From an uncultured Spirochaetota bacterium (GTDB taxonomy: Bacteria; Spirochaetota; Spirochaetia; SZUA-6; Fen-1364): a DNA stretch of 64,000 bases. The notes beneath the pieces are model-generated. The model searched no databases, was not told the origin of the DNA, and saw only the letters and a program-made list of their open reading frames with translations. Positions 33,114 through 42,530 of the stretch are shown in pieces. The first letter of the stretch is position 1, and each line of letters starts with the position of its first letter. The position numbers and the translations under genes were made by a program. The DNA is taken from NCBI GenBank assembly GCA_963781885.1, contig CAWAHW010000007.1, forward strand, positions 288,001 to 352,000, read 5' to 3'.

Positions 33114-34403
33114 ATGGAACAGGATCTGCTTCCCCTTCTCATGCAGAACAAGCTCCTGCAGGGTCTCTCCGACGATCAAGTCCGGCGGGTCATGAGCCTT
33201 GCGCGCGCGGAGAGCTTCGCCGTCGGGGCGTTTATCCTGCGCGAGACGGAGACCCCCGCGCGCGTCTACCTCCTCGTGGAGGGCACGGTCCAGGTGCGGC
33301 GCAGCGGCCCGGACGCCCGCGACGCGGAGGTCGCGAGCCTCCCGCCGGGCAGCTTCTTCGGCGAGATGTCCGTGATCACCGGGGCAGCCCACCATACGGC
33401 GAGCGTCGTGGCGCAGACGGCGGTCACCGTGCTCTCCCTGTCTGCTCTGGATTTCACGCGCCTGCTCCTGGAGCATCCCGAGACCATCCGCAACATCCTC
33501 GCGAACGTCGTGATCCAGCTTCAGGGCCTGAACAAACGCTGGATGGAGACGCTGCGCGTGGAGAAGCAGGTCCTCGAGTGGAAGATCCGGGAGCGCAACC
33601 GCGAGCTGGAAGAGATGAACCTGAAGGTGCACCGGGAGCTCTCCCTCGCGCAGACCATCCAGCGCAATCTCCTGCCTGACAAGAAAAAGAGCTATCCCGG
33701 TCTTACCATCGCCACGGACTACGTGCCCTGCGACGAGCTGGGCGGCGACATCACGGGCGTGTTCCAGATCGATGAGACGAGGCTCGCGGTCTACGGCGGT
33801 GACGTCTGCGGCCACGGCATCTACGCCGCCATGGTGATGAGCTACGTGAAGAAGCTCATCGAGACCTCGGTGAAGCGGATCCTGCTCAATCGGCAGTACG
33901 TGGTGAAGCCGCCCGGGGCGGTGCTCACCTCCATCAACCAGAGCTTCATTTCGGAGATCAGCCAGGGCGATCCCGAGATCTACCTCACCCTCTTCCTCGG
34001 CGTGCTGAACCTGCGCCAGCTCTCCCTGGAGTTCTCCTCCGCGGGAACGCACGTTCCCCCGCTCGTGCTCTCCAACGGGGAGGCCACCGAGCTTTTCGAC
34101 CAGTCCGATTACCCCATCGGGCACGTCGCCAACCATGAATACTCCACCGCCCGGCACGTCTTCACCCGCGGCGATTCGTTCCTGTTCGTGAGCGATGGCG
34201 TCATCGAGGCGCAGCGGGGCCAGGATGCATTCGGCATGGAGCGGCTGAAGGCAGAGGCGCTGCGCAGCCGGCAGGCCGCGGGCACGGTGGAGATCGACGG
34301 GGTGCTCGCGGCAGTGCGGGCATTCCTCGGGGACGAGCCTCCCCAGGACGACATCTGCCTTCTTACCATCGACTTCCTCGCGTCGGACGATCCGCCGCAA
34401 TGA
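33114..34403 (+). CDS. cNMP-binding domain + coiled coil + PP2C/SpoIIE phosphatase
   Basis: FFGEMS cNMP motif; LAQTIQRNLLP, GGD, DVCGHG, SDGVIEA, DDICLL. Confidence 0.9.
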   Translation: MEQDLLPLLMQNKLLQGLSDDQVRRVMSLARAESFAVGAFILRETETPARVYLLVEGTVQVRRSGPDARDAEVASLPPGSFFGEMSVITGAAHHTASVVAQTAVTVLSLSALDFTRLLLEHPETIRNILANVVIQLQGLNKRWMETLRVEKQVLEWKIRERNRELEEMNLKVHRELSLAQTIQRNLLPDKKKSYPGLTIATDYVPCDELGGDITGVFQIDETRLAVYGGDVCGHGIYAAMVMSYVKKLIETSVKRILLNRQYVVKPPGAVLTSINQSFISEISQGDPEIYLTLFLGVLNLRQLSLEFSSAGTHVPPLVLSNGEATELFDQSDYPIGHVANHEYSTARHVFTRGDSFLFVSDGVIEAQRGQDAFGMERLKAEALRSRQAAGTVEIDGVLAAVRAFLGDEPPQDDICLLTIDFLASDDPPQ

Positions 34404-37400
34404 CGGGGACGGGCGGACCGGCGCGCTGGGAGGTCTTCACGCGGCCGCTGTACCGGGACGGTCGCGCCGCAAGGATGCTTCCCTCCCTCAGGCGGGACGT
34501 GTCGGAGCGGATTCGCGGCTGCGTCATCGTCGACGTCTTCCTCCTCGATGGGATTCCCCCGCTCACCCCCGGCGTCGCCGCGGAGGTCTTCTGCGACCTG
34601 GTGGCGCAGGAGATGCTCACCGGTGCGGCCGCCGCGGAGCAGCCGACGCTCGCCCTGTGGGATTACCTCGTCGAGGTGACCGTCAAGCCGGGCGTCACCA
34701 ACCCCGTCGCGCTCACGGCCCGCGAGGCGCTCGGCGTCTGTCTCCCGGACGGCCTGCCGGAAGGCTGCGTCGTGCAGACCGCGATGCAGTACCTCGTGTC
34801 CACCGACGGCGCCTCACTCGACGCCGAAGAGCTTGCGCGCTTCTTCCACAACCCGCTCATCCAGAGCGCGGCCTGCATCACGCGGCGGGAATGGAACGCC
34901 GGTCGAAGGCCTCCCGCCGCGTACCCGCGCGTTGCCGTGGGGCGCCCCGATGACGTGCGCTTCATCGAGCTTGCCGACATGACGGATGCGGAGCTGGTCG
35001 CACTCTCTCGTGAGAGGCTCCTTGCCCTCTCCCTGGCCGAGATGCAGGCGGTGAAGGTGTACTTCGCCGAGGATGCAGTGCACGCCGAACGCCGCGGACG
35101 CGGTCTTCCTGCGGCCGCGACCGACGTCGAGCTGGAGATGATCGCCCAGACGTGGTCCGAGCACTGCAAGCACAAGATATTCAACGCCACCATCCACATG
35201 CGCGCGCAGGGCCGGGAGGAGACCATTCATTCCCTCTTCGGCACCTTCATCCGGTCCACCACGAGGGAGATCGCGCGGGAGAGGAAATTCCTCCGTTCCG
35301 TGTTCCACGACAACTCCGGCGTGATCGCCTTCGACAGGAAGACGCTCGTCTGCTTCAAGGTGGAGACGCACAATTCCCCCTCCGCCCTCGACCCGTACGG
35401 CGGGGCCATCACCGGCATCGTCGGCGTCAATCGGGACATCATGGGCACGGGGCTCGGGGCAAAGCCGATCTTCAACACGGACGTGCTGTGCTTCGCCTCG
35501 CCCGACACCCCGAAGGCGGACGTGCCGGCAGGGCTCCTGCACCCGCGCCGCGTGATGGAGGGCGTGCATCGCGGCATCATCGACGGGGGCAACCAGTCCG
35601 GCATCCCCGTTGCCGCCGGCGCCTTCGTATTCGACGACAGCTACATCGGCAAGCCGCTGGTGTTCTGCGGGACCGGCGGTCTTCTCCCCGCCCGCGTCCG
35701 CGGCAGGGACGCCTGCGAAAAGCGCGTGCTGCCGGGGGACCTCGCCGTCATGGTGGGCGGCAGGATCGGCAAGGACGGCATCCACGGCGCGACATTCTCC
35801 TCCGAGGCGCTGAGCGAATCCTCACCCACCTCCGCCGTGCAGATCGGGGACCCCATCACGCAGAAGAAGATGCTCGACATGCTGCTGGAAGCGCGGGACC
35901 GCGGCCTGTACCGCGGGCTCACGGACAACGGCGCCGGCGGGCTCTCCAGCTCTCTGGGCGAGATGGCGGGCCTGAGCGGCGGCGTGAAGATCGACCTCGA
36001 TGCGTGCCCGCTGAAGTACCAGGGGCTGGCGGCCTGGGAGATACTCGTCTCCGAGTCGCAGGAGCGCATGAGCCTTGCCGTGCCGCGGGAATCCATCGAT
36101 GCGCTTCTGGATCTCGCGCACCGGCGCGACGTGGAGGCAACGGTGGTCGGCGAGTTTACCGACACCGGCAACATCGAGGTGTTCGCACAAGGCCGGCTTG
36201 TCGGGCTCCTGGGTCTGCATTTCCTTCACGAAGGGCTCCCGGTGATGGAGCTGCGGGCGGAATGGACCGGCCCTTCGACCCCCGCCGCATCAGGGGCGCC
36301 GGGACTGGCCGCCGCGACCGACCTGCGCCGCACCATGCTCGATCTCTTGTCCGACATCAACGTCCGCTCCCGCGAGGAATGGGTGCGCCGCTACGACCAC
36401 GAGGTGCAGGGCAGGTCGGTGATCAAGCCGTTCTGCGGCCGGCACCGCGATGCGCCCACCGACGGCGCCGTTCTGCGCGTGCGCGACGACACGCGGCGCG
36501 GCATCACGGTCACGCACGGCATCTGTCCCCGCTACGGCGACCACGACACCTATGACATGGCGCAATGCGCCGTGGACGAAGCGGTGCGGGCGCATGTTGC
36601 CCTGGGCGGAGACCCTGTGCGCATGTCCGCCCTGGACAACTTCTGCTGGCCCGATCCCGTGCAGGGGCCGGAGACGCCGGATGGTGCGCAGAAGCTGGCC
36701 CAGCTCGTCCGCGCCTGCCGCGGTCTTGCCGATGCCTGCCGCGCCTATCGCCTTCCACTCATCTCCGGCAAGGACTCCATGAAAAACGACGCGCGCGTGG
36801 GCGGAAGGAAGATCTCGATACGTCCGACCCTGCTCGTGTCGCTCATGGGCATCATTGAAGACGTGGGCAGGGCCCAGACGACCGACCTGAAGGCCGCGGG
36901 CGATCTTCTCTACGTCCTGGGCGAGACCCGGGGCGAGCTGGGAGGCACGGTCTTCGAGCGGCACACGGGAGGCAGCTTCGGCCCGTGCCCGTCCGTGACG
37001 CCAGCCCCTGCGTGGCGCACTTACGTCAGGCTGCACCGCGCCATCAGGGCCGGCATCGTACGCTCCTGCCACGATCTGTCCGACGCGGGGCTGTGCGCGG
37101 CGCTCGCGGAAAGCTGCATCGGCGGAAGCCTGGGCGCGCGGGTCTCCCTGGATGCCATGCCCTGCGCCCCGGGACTGTCCCGTGAGCCGGAGCGGCTCCT
37201 TTTCTCGGAGACTCCCTCACGTTTCCTGGTGAGCGTACGCCCCGACGCGCGCGGCCGCTGGGAGCGCCTCATGCGGGGCACGGCGCTGGGCTGCATCGGC
37301 GAGGCGACGGCGGACCCGGCGATCGTCGTGGAGGAAGGGGGCCGGCAGATCGCCTCCCTTCGCCTGGAAGACGCCCGCGCCGCGTGGTCGGGCCGGGGGG

Positions 37401-37408
37401 GCGTATGA
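34400..37408 (+). CDS. purL: Phosphoribosylformylglycinamidine synthase subunit PurL with an N-terminal PurS-like extension
   Basis: QTWSEHCKHKIF, ETHNSPS, DGIHGATFSS, DNGAGG, SESQERM, GKDSM. Confidence 0.95.
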   Translation: MTGTGGPARWEVFTRPLYRDGRAARMLPSLRRDVSERIRGCVIVDVFLLDGIPPLTPGVAAEVFCDLVAQEMLTGAAAAEQPTLALWDYLVEVTVKPGVTNPVALTAREALGVCLPDGLPEGCVVQTAMQYLVSTDGASLDAEELARFFHNPLIQSAACITRREWNAGRRPPAAYPRVAVGRPDDVRFIELADMTDAELVALSRERLLALSLAEMQAVKVYFAEDAVHAERRGRGLPAAATDVELEMIAQTWSEHCKHKIFNATIHMRAQGREETIHSLFGTFIRSTTREIARERKFLRSVFHDNSGVIAFDRKTLVCFKVETHNSPSALDPYGGAITGIVGVNRDIMGTGLGAKPIFNTDVLCFASPDTPKADVPAGLLHPRRVMEGVHRGIIDGGNQSGIPVAAGAFVFDDSYIGKPLVFCGTGGLLPARVRGRDACEKRVLPGDLAVMVGGRIGKDGIHGATFSSEALSESSPTSAVQIGDPITQKKMLDMLLEARDRGLYRGLTDNGAGGLSSSLGEMAGLSGGVKIDLDACPLKYQGLAAWEILVSESQERMSLAVPRESIDALLDLAHRRDVEATVVGEFTDTGNIEVFAQGRLVGLLGLHFLHEGLPVMELRAEWTGPSTPAASGAPGLAAATDLRRTMLDLLSDINVRSREEWVRRYDHEVQGRSVIKPFCGRHRDAPTDGAVLRVRDDTRRGITVTHGICPRYGDHDTYDMAQCAVDEAVRAHVALGGDPVRMSALDNFCWPDPVQGPETPDGAQKLAQLVRACRGLADACRAYRLPLISGKDSMKNDARVGGRKISIRPTLLVSLMGIIEDVGRAQTTDLKAAGDLLYVLGETRGELGGTVFERHTGGSFGPCPSVTPAPAWRTYVRLHRAIRAGIVRSCHDLSDAGLCAALAESCIGGSLGARVSLDAMPCAPGLSREPERLLFSETPSRFLVSVRPDARGRWERLMRGTALGCIGEATADPAIVVEEGGRQIASLRLEDARAAWSGRGGV

Positions 37409-38193
37409 GGGGCCGTCGACCGCGGGCGTGCATCGTCGTCGGGCTGGGCATCAATGCGGACGCCGAGCTCGCCCAGGCCTTCATCATGGCAGGGGCGGAC
37501 GCCTCCTGCGTGCACGTGCAGGACCTGATCGCCGATCCTGACCGGCTTTCCGCCTTCCAGATACTCGCCCTTCCCGGCGGCTTTTCCTTCGGCGATCATC
37601 TTGGATCGGGCAAGGTCTTTGCCACGCTCTTCAAGAAGAATCTCGGCTCCGCCATGACGGCGTTTGTATCGCGCGGAGGCCTTGTCATCGGCGTGTGCAA
37701 TGGTTTCCAGGCCCTCGTGAAGATGGGCGCGCTTCCCGACTCGACGGGATCGGGAGAGCAGGAGGCGTCGCTCATCCACAACGATTCGGGCATGTTCGAG
37801 GACCGGTGGGTGCGGCTCAGTTTCGAAGGGCGAAGCCGCTGCCTCTGGACCCGGGGGCTCAAAGACATGGACCTGCCGGTCCGGCACGGCGAAGGAAAGT
37901 TCGTTGTGCGTTCGGCGGAAATCTTCGGCCGCCTGGAGGGCGGCGGGCTCATCGCCCTGCGCTACACGTCGTCCCATGGAGGATCCCCCCTCTATCCGGA
38001 AGATCCTAATGGCTCGGACGGCCACGTGGCGGGCGTCTGCGATCCCAGCGGGCGGGTCTTCGGTCTCATGCCGCACCCCGAGGCGTTCGTCCACCCCCAC
38101 CACCATCCGGACTGGACAACCGGTGCGATCGCCCAGGGCGACGGGCTTCTCATCTTTGCCAACGGCGTGCGCGCTGCCCGGGATGCCTCCTGA
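37405..38193 (+). CDS. purQ: FGAM synthase glutaminase subunit PurQ
   Basis: PGGFSFGD, GVCNGFQ, HGEG, NGS, MPHPE. Confidence 0.95.
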   Translation: MRGRRPRACIVVGLGINADAELAQAFIMAGADASCVHVQDLIADPDRLSAFQILALPGGFSFGDHLGSGKVFATLFKKNLGSAMTAFVSRGGLVIGVCNGFQALVKMGALPDSTGSGEQEASLIHNDSGMFEDRWVRLSFEGRSRCLWTRGLKDMDLPVRHGEGKFVVRSAEIFGRLEGGGLIALRYTSSHGGSPLYPEDPNGSDGHVAGVCDPSGRVFGLMPHPEAFVHPHHHPDWTTGAIAQGDGLLIFANGVRAARDAS

Positions 38194-38215
38194 CGGCCAC
38201 GCTGCGTGCTGCCCG

Positions 38216-38324
38216 TGCGGCCACGGTAGGCCGTGGCATTTGCGGCCACGGTAGGCCGTGGCATTTGCGGCCACGGTAGGCCGTGGCATTTGCGGCCACG
38301 GCAGGCCGTGGCATTTGCGGCCAC
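38216..38324. repeat. Tandem repeat, 4.4 x 25 bp (TGCGGCCACGGTAGGCCGTGGCATT), each unit a hairpin
   Basis: Units start at 38216, 38241, 38266, 38291 (one T>C) with a partial copy at 38316; stem GCCACGG/CCGTGGC, loop TAGG. Confidence 0.95.
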
Positions 38325-38360
38325 TGACGCGCGGTGTACCGTGCGAGATACTGCGGCGCC

Positions 38361-38389
38361 TTGACATCGGGATGGCCGATTCCTATTAT
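38361..38389 (+). promoter_or_regulatory. Sigma70 promoter of tRNA-Ala
   Basis: TTGACA-17 bp-TATTAT. Confidence 0.75.
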
Positions 38390-38404
38390 ACTCAGTGTTC
38401 CTTT

Positions 38405-38478
38405 GGGGGCGTAGCTCAGTTGGCTAGAGCACTTGAATGGCATTCAAGGGGTCGTGGGTTCAATTCCCGTCGCCTCCA
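38405..38478 (+). tRNA. tRNA-Ala(GGC), CCA not encoded
   Basis: GGGGGCG/CGCCTCC acceptor stem with G3:U70; CTTGA-ATGGCAT-TCAAG anticodon arm; GGTTCAATTCC. Confidence 0.97.
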
Positions 38479-38488
38479 CTAAGACCAG

Positions 38489-40165
38489 ATGGATACAAGG
38501 AACGAGGGAAACGGGCAGAACGGACTCGATCCTGACCTCGCCGAGCTTCTCGAAATAGAAGAGGCGGAGCCTGTGCCCGTCGTTGCGCCCGCAGCCGGCG
38601 CCGAAAGAGCCGGGGAGCCGGACTTCCATACCCTCTTTTCAGAAGAGAAACCCGTAGAGAAAAAGACCGACGACGTCGACCCCACGAAGGTCCGTTTCCC
38701 CACCATCATCCAGATCCAGGAGGATCCCAAGCCCTATTTCCAGGACAAGGACTTCTACAAGAAGGTCCTGACCGGGGAAGGGGACGAGGGAAACCGCGTC
38801 CACGAGCTCCTCGGCAAGTACATGAAAGCGGAAGATCCCGAGGAGAAGTCCAAGTTCCGCGCCCAGCTCATCTCCGCCTTCTGGGAGCTGGGGTCAAAGA
38901 TCGCCTACCGGGCCGGCGTGGGGCTCATCATGCCCAAGAGACTGCTCCTGCGTTTCGGCATCCTTTCGCCCGGCTTCCTCACGCCCGAGCTGCGCGACAT
39001 GGTCTCCCGCATCATCTATGAGAACAAGGCCGGCGAGCCCGTCTACTACGTGGACGAGTGGCTGGAGCGCATCTCCAAGGGGCTCGTGCGCCCTTCGGCG
39101 GCCGACGAGGTGAAGCAGAAGGGCGGCAAGGACGCCGCCCAGAAGATCCTCGATGCGGTCGAAAAGAAGAAGGGCCAGCGGGACAGCGAGTTCACCATCC
39201 TCAAGGCAAAGATTTCGCAGCTCGACGAGCGGGAGACTATGTTGCGCGGCCAGGTGGACATCCTGATCCGGCACGAGCGCAACGAAGACATCGGCGGCCT
39301 CAAGGCATGCTTCACCGGGTCGCAGAAACAGGCCATGGTGACCATCCAGGACCTCCTGCGGCAATTGAGCGCGCTGGACGCGCAAATGGCCTCTTCCTAC
39401 GCGGACCTTGCCAACCTCGACAAGGAGCTGGAGTCGCTGGGCCGCAAGTCGGAAGGCATTTCATCCGACAGCGTCGTGGATCAGAAGACGGCGGTGGCGG
39501 AGTGGGGCTGCATCCGGCAGATGGCGAAGATGACCGTGGGCCGGCAGGGCAACCATTTCCCGATCTTCCTGTCCCAGTTCGTGCGGCCGGCCATCCGCGA
39601 GATTGGCACCCGGGAAAACGTGATCAGGGAAATGGCGCAGGTGGAGGCGCTGGATCCCGGGCTGTTCATGCGGACCTACAAGACGCAGACCACGCGCATC
39701 GTGCCCAACATCATCCTCCTGGCGAGCTACGGCGACGCGGGAGTCTGCTGGGAGCCGTTTGAGAAGTTCAACCGCGCCACCAGCCGCGGCCGGGTCGCCA
39801 TCCCGATGTATCCCAAGAGCCTGCCGGTCGCCGTCATGACGGCCATGGCGGACCTTCGATGGCAGGTGGCCAAGGAAAAGGCGCAGTACTACTGGATGGA
39901 GGAAGGGATCACCGGCAAGTACTACCAGTGGTTCACGGAGCACAAGCTTCGCGGCGACGTGCGGGAATACTTCATACGCGACTATGCTCTCTGGATCAAC
40001 AAGGAAAGCCAGGGCATGCAGAAGCTGGACAAGGACGTGCGCGGCATCTTCTGGCGCATGATGCCGTTTCCCCAGCACATCAAGGACAGTCTGCGCAACC
40101 GCGCCACCATCTACAACGAGCTGTACAAGAAAGACCAGAATATCGCCAAGTCGGACGGATACTAG
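38489..40165 (+). CDS. Hypothetical cytoplasmic protein (acidic N-terminus, central coiled coil)
   Basis: 558-aa ORF with strong host codon bias; no catalytic motif recognised. Confidence 0.8.
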   Translation: MDTRNEGNGQNGLDPDLAELLEIEEAEPVPVVAPAAGAERAGEPDFHTLFSEEKPVEKKTDDVDPTKVRFPTIIQIQEDPKPYFQDKDFYKKVLTGEGDEGNRVHELLGKYMKAEDPEEKSKFRAQLISAFWELGSKIAYRAGVGLIMPKRLLLRFGILSPGFLTPELRDMVSRIIYENKAGEPVYYVDEWLERISKGLVRPSAADEVKQKGGKDAAQKILDAVEKKKGQRDSEFTILKAKISQLDERETMLRGQVDILIRHERNEDIGGLKACFTGSQKQAMVTIQDLLRQLSALDAQMASSYADLANLDKELESLGRKSEGISSDSVVDQKTAVAEWGCIRQMAKMTVGRQGNHFPIFLSQFVRPAIREIGTRENVIREMAQVEALDPGLFMRTYKTQTTRIVPNIILLASYGDAGVCWEPFEKFNRATSRGRVAIPMYPKSLPVAVMTAMADLRWQVAKEKAQYYWMEEGITGKYYQWFTEHKLRGDVREYFIRDYALWINKESQGMQKLDKDVRGIFWRMMPFPQHIKDSLRNRATIYNELYKKDQNIAKSDGY

Positions 40166-40254
40166 CTGAATTCCCCAAGCTTCCGGCAGCCCGCTGCGCG
40201 GGCGAAATGTCGCCAGGAGCGACCGGCCTGCCGCTTGAGGCCCCTTTCGCACTG

Positions 40255-40770
40255 CTACAGGTACTTCACGATCTCCTGCAGCGACTTTCTCTGCTTTTGC
40301 CCCTTTTTGGCGAATCCCGGCCTCGGGTAGCCCAGCGGGGTGACGGCGTAGACGCGCTCCTCAGATGACAGACCCAGCGCCGAGCGCAGGATTGCCGGAT
40401 CGTAGGCAGCGACCCAGCAGGTCCCCACGCCTTCGTTCTCCGCGGCGAGGACCATGTGGTCCAGGGCGATGGCGACGTCCGTCTCGATGGAGTTCCAGCC
40501 GTCCTGCCGCGACCATGCCTCGCCGGTCCTTCCCGTGACGGCGAGGATGTGCGGCGCGTCCTGGAACCATGTCTTCTGGTAGCAGCGACGCACCTGTGTG
40601 AGCACGTCGCGCGAGGAGACGAGCAGGAAACGCCAGGGCTGGCGATTGGCGGCCGACGGGGCGATGCGCCCGGCGTCGAGGATCCTTTCCAATACCGCCT
40701 TGTCCAACGGCCGCGTCGGATCGTAGCTGCGGATGCTTTCCCGTCCGGTGATGACCCGTGTGAAGTCCAT
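40255..40770 (-). CDS. Nitroreductase family protein
   Basis: RESIRSY, APSAANRQPW, LAAENEGVGTCW, LGYP. Confidence 0.93.
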   Translation of the reverse strand: MDFTRVITGRESIRSYDPTRPLDKAVLERILDAGRIAPSAANRQPWRFLLVSSRDVLTQVRRCYQKTWFQDAPHILAVTGRTGEAWSRQDGWNSIETDVAIALDHMVLAAENEGVGTCWVAAYDPAILRSALGLSSEERVYAVTPLGYPRPGFAKKGQKQRKSLQEIVKYL

Positions 40771-40777
40771 GGCCGTG

Positions 40778-41053
40778 CTACCTCTTCTTGCCCTTGAAAA
40801 GCTGCGGGATGTGCTTCTCCAGCTGGAATTTCACCGTGACCCATTTCATCGCCCTTCCGTAGATCAGGAAGGTGAGCACGATCGCGACGATGAATCCGGC
40901 GAAGAGGAGGATCTGGTAGGTCGTCTGGCTTCCGTTCGGGCCCAGCGCGAGCCCGATGAGCAGGACGAAGACGACGACGAAGACCGCCATGAGGAGGAGA
41001 TTGAAGATCGTTGCGCCGATGAAGAAGAGCACCATCTTCGAGGATGAGCTCAT
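40778..41053 (-). CDS. Small two-TM membrane protein coupled to lspA
   Basis: MSSSSKMVLFFIGATIFNLLL...; ATGA overlap with the lspA stop. Confidence 0.75.
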   Translation of the reverse strand: MSSSSKMVLFFIGATIFNLLLMAVFVVVFVLLIGLALGPNGSQTTYQILLFAGFIVAIVLTFLIYGRAMKWVTVKFQLEKHIPQLFKGKKR

Positions 41054-41589
41054 TGCGTGCCTCCTGCGGCGGTGCGGACGGGGATGAGGAACGAGATGAA
41101 AAGCAAGATGCCCGTGACGACGACCGTCGCGTCGGCGACGTTGAATGTCGGCCATCGCTCCAGGCCGAAGATGCCGTAGAACTTGAAGTCGAAGAAATCG
41201 ACGACCCCCGCGGGCCGGAAGATCCTGTCGATGTAGTTGCCCAACCCGCCGCCCACCAGGGCGCCGAAGCACCACTTCTGGAACCGCGTGAGGGGGTCGC
41301 GCGTGAAAAGGTAGTAGAGGAAAAGGACCGCGATGACGACCAGCGGCAGCAGCATGAAGAGCGTCCGTCGCGTGCCCGCCTCGATGCTCCGACCGATGCT
41401 GAAGGCGATGGCGGGATTCTGCACGTGGATGATGTGGAAGAAATCGCCGATCACCTGCACGCTCTTGCCGATGGGCACCGTGAGGATCACGATGAGCTTT
41501 GCCGCCTGGTCGAGCAGGATGATACCGGCCGAGAGCACCAGGGGCAGGAGCCGGGACCGTATGTCACGTTTCGCAGTATTCAGGACCAT
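41050..41589 (-). CDS. lspA: Lipoprotein signal peptidase II
   Basis: LDQAAK, NPAIAFS, GGLGNYIDR, VVDF, FNVAD. Confidence 0.95.
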   Translation of the reverse strand: MVLNTAKRDIRSRLLPLVLSAGIILLDQAAKLIVILTVPIGKSVQVIGDFFHIIHVQNPAIAFSIGRSIEAGTRRTLFMLLPLVVIAVLFLYYLFTRDPLTRFQKWCFGALVGGGLGNYIDRIFRPAGVVDFFDFKFYGIFGLERWPTFNVADATVVVTGILLFISFLIPVRTAAGGTQ

Positions 41590-42352
41590 TCATAACCCCG
41601 TGGGAATATCGAGATACGTCACTTCCACACCCGTCTCCCGGAAGAGTCTCTCCGCGAGCGCCTGCACACCATACGATTCAGAGTGGTAGTGACCAGCAAA
41701 GATAACATGGATGCGTCGTTCGAGGCAATGATGGTAGATCTCGTGCGACGGCTCCCCGGTGACAAAGAGGTCAAGGCCCTCATCCGTGGCCTGCGTTGCC
41801 GCCCAGGCGGCGTCGCCTGCCACCAGTCCCACGCTCTGGATCCGACCCGGGCCGAAGGGGAGGGTGCGGACCGCTTCCCCCTGCCGCGCGGAGAGCCGGG
41901 CGACGATCTCCTCCAGCGGAAGGGGCTCGGGGAGCCTTCCCTTCAGACCGACCTTCACACCCTTGTGGGCGCCGAATGGCGCCAGCTCCGTGAGCCCGAT
42001 CTGCGCGGCAAGTCCCGCGTTGTTCCCCACCTCGGGGTGCATGTCGAGCGGAAGGTGTGCCGCGTAGAGCGCGAGCCGGTTCTCCACGAGGTAGCGCACG
42101 CGTTCAAAGAGCGATCCGACGAGCCTCTGCGGCTCCCCCCAGAATATTCCGTGGTGCACGACCAGCAGCCCCGCCTTCCATGCCGCGGCACGCCGGAATG
42201 CCTCCATCGATGCATCCACGGCGAATGCCACCCGCATCACCTCGGCCGCGCGGTCACCCACCTGCACCCCGTTCAGGCTCAGCGTCGATGCCCGCTGTCG
42301 CGGACAGGTCGAGAAATGCGGAAAGCCAGCGATCGAGCTCTTCCAGCCGCAT
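41590..42352 (-). CDS. Nif3-like dinuclear metal-centre protein; frameshift near 42290
   Basis: MRLEELDRW... then NGVQV, VHHGIFW, HLPLDMHPEVGNN, GHYHSE. Confidence 0.88.
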
Positions 42353-42530
42353 GCGCCCTCCCCGGGGCGGAGTGTAGCCGCTTGACAGCCGGCGTACAAT
42401 CGCGGAAATGAGCGCGCACCGGGCGGATGCGGTCTGTGCGGAGCCGGTCGGCCCTTGACTGCAGGGCGCTCCGTGGGGCAGAATAAAGCATACAATTTCA
42501 GTCATCTTTTGTGGGAGAAGGGGGCTGCAG

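Noticed and set aside
38216-38324. CRISPR array
   Set aside because: Repeats are contiguous, with no spacers, leader or cas genes.
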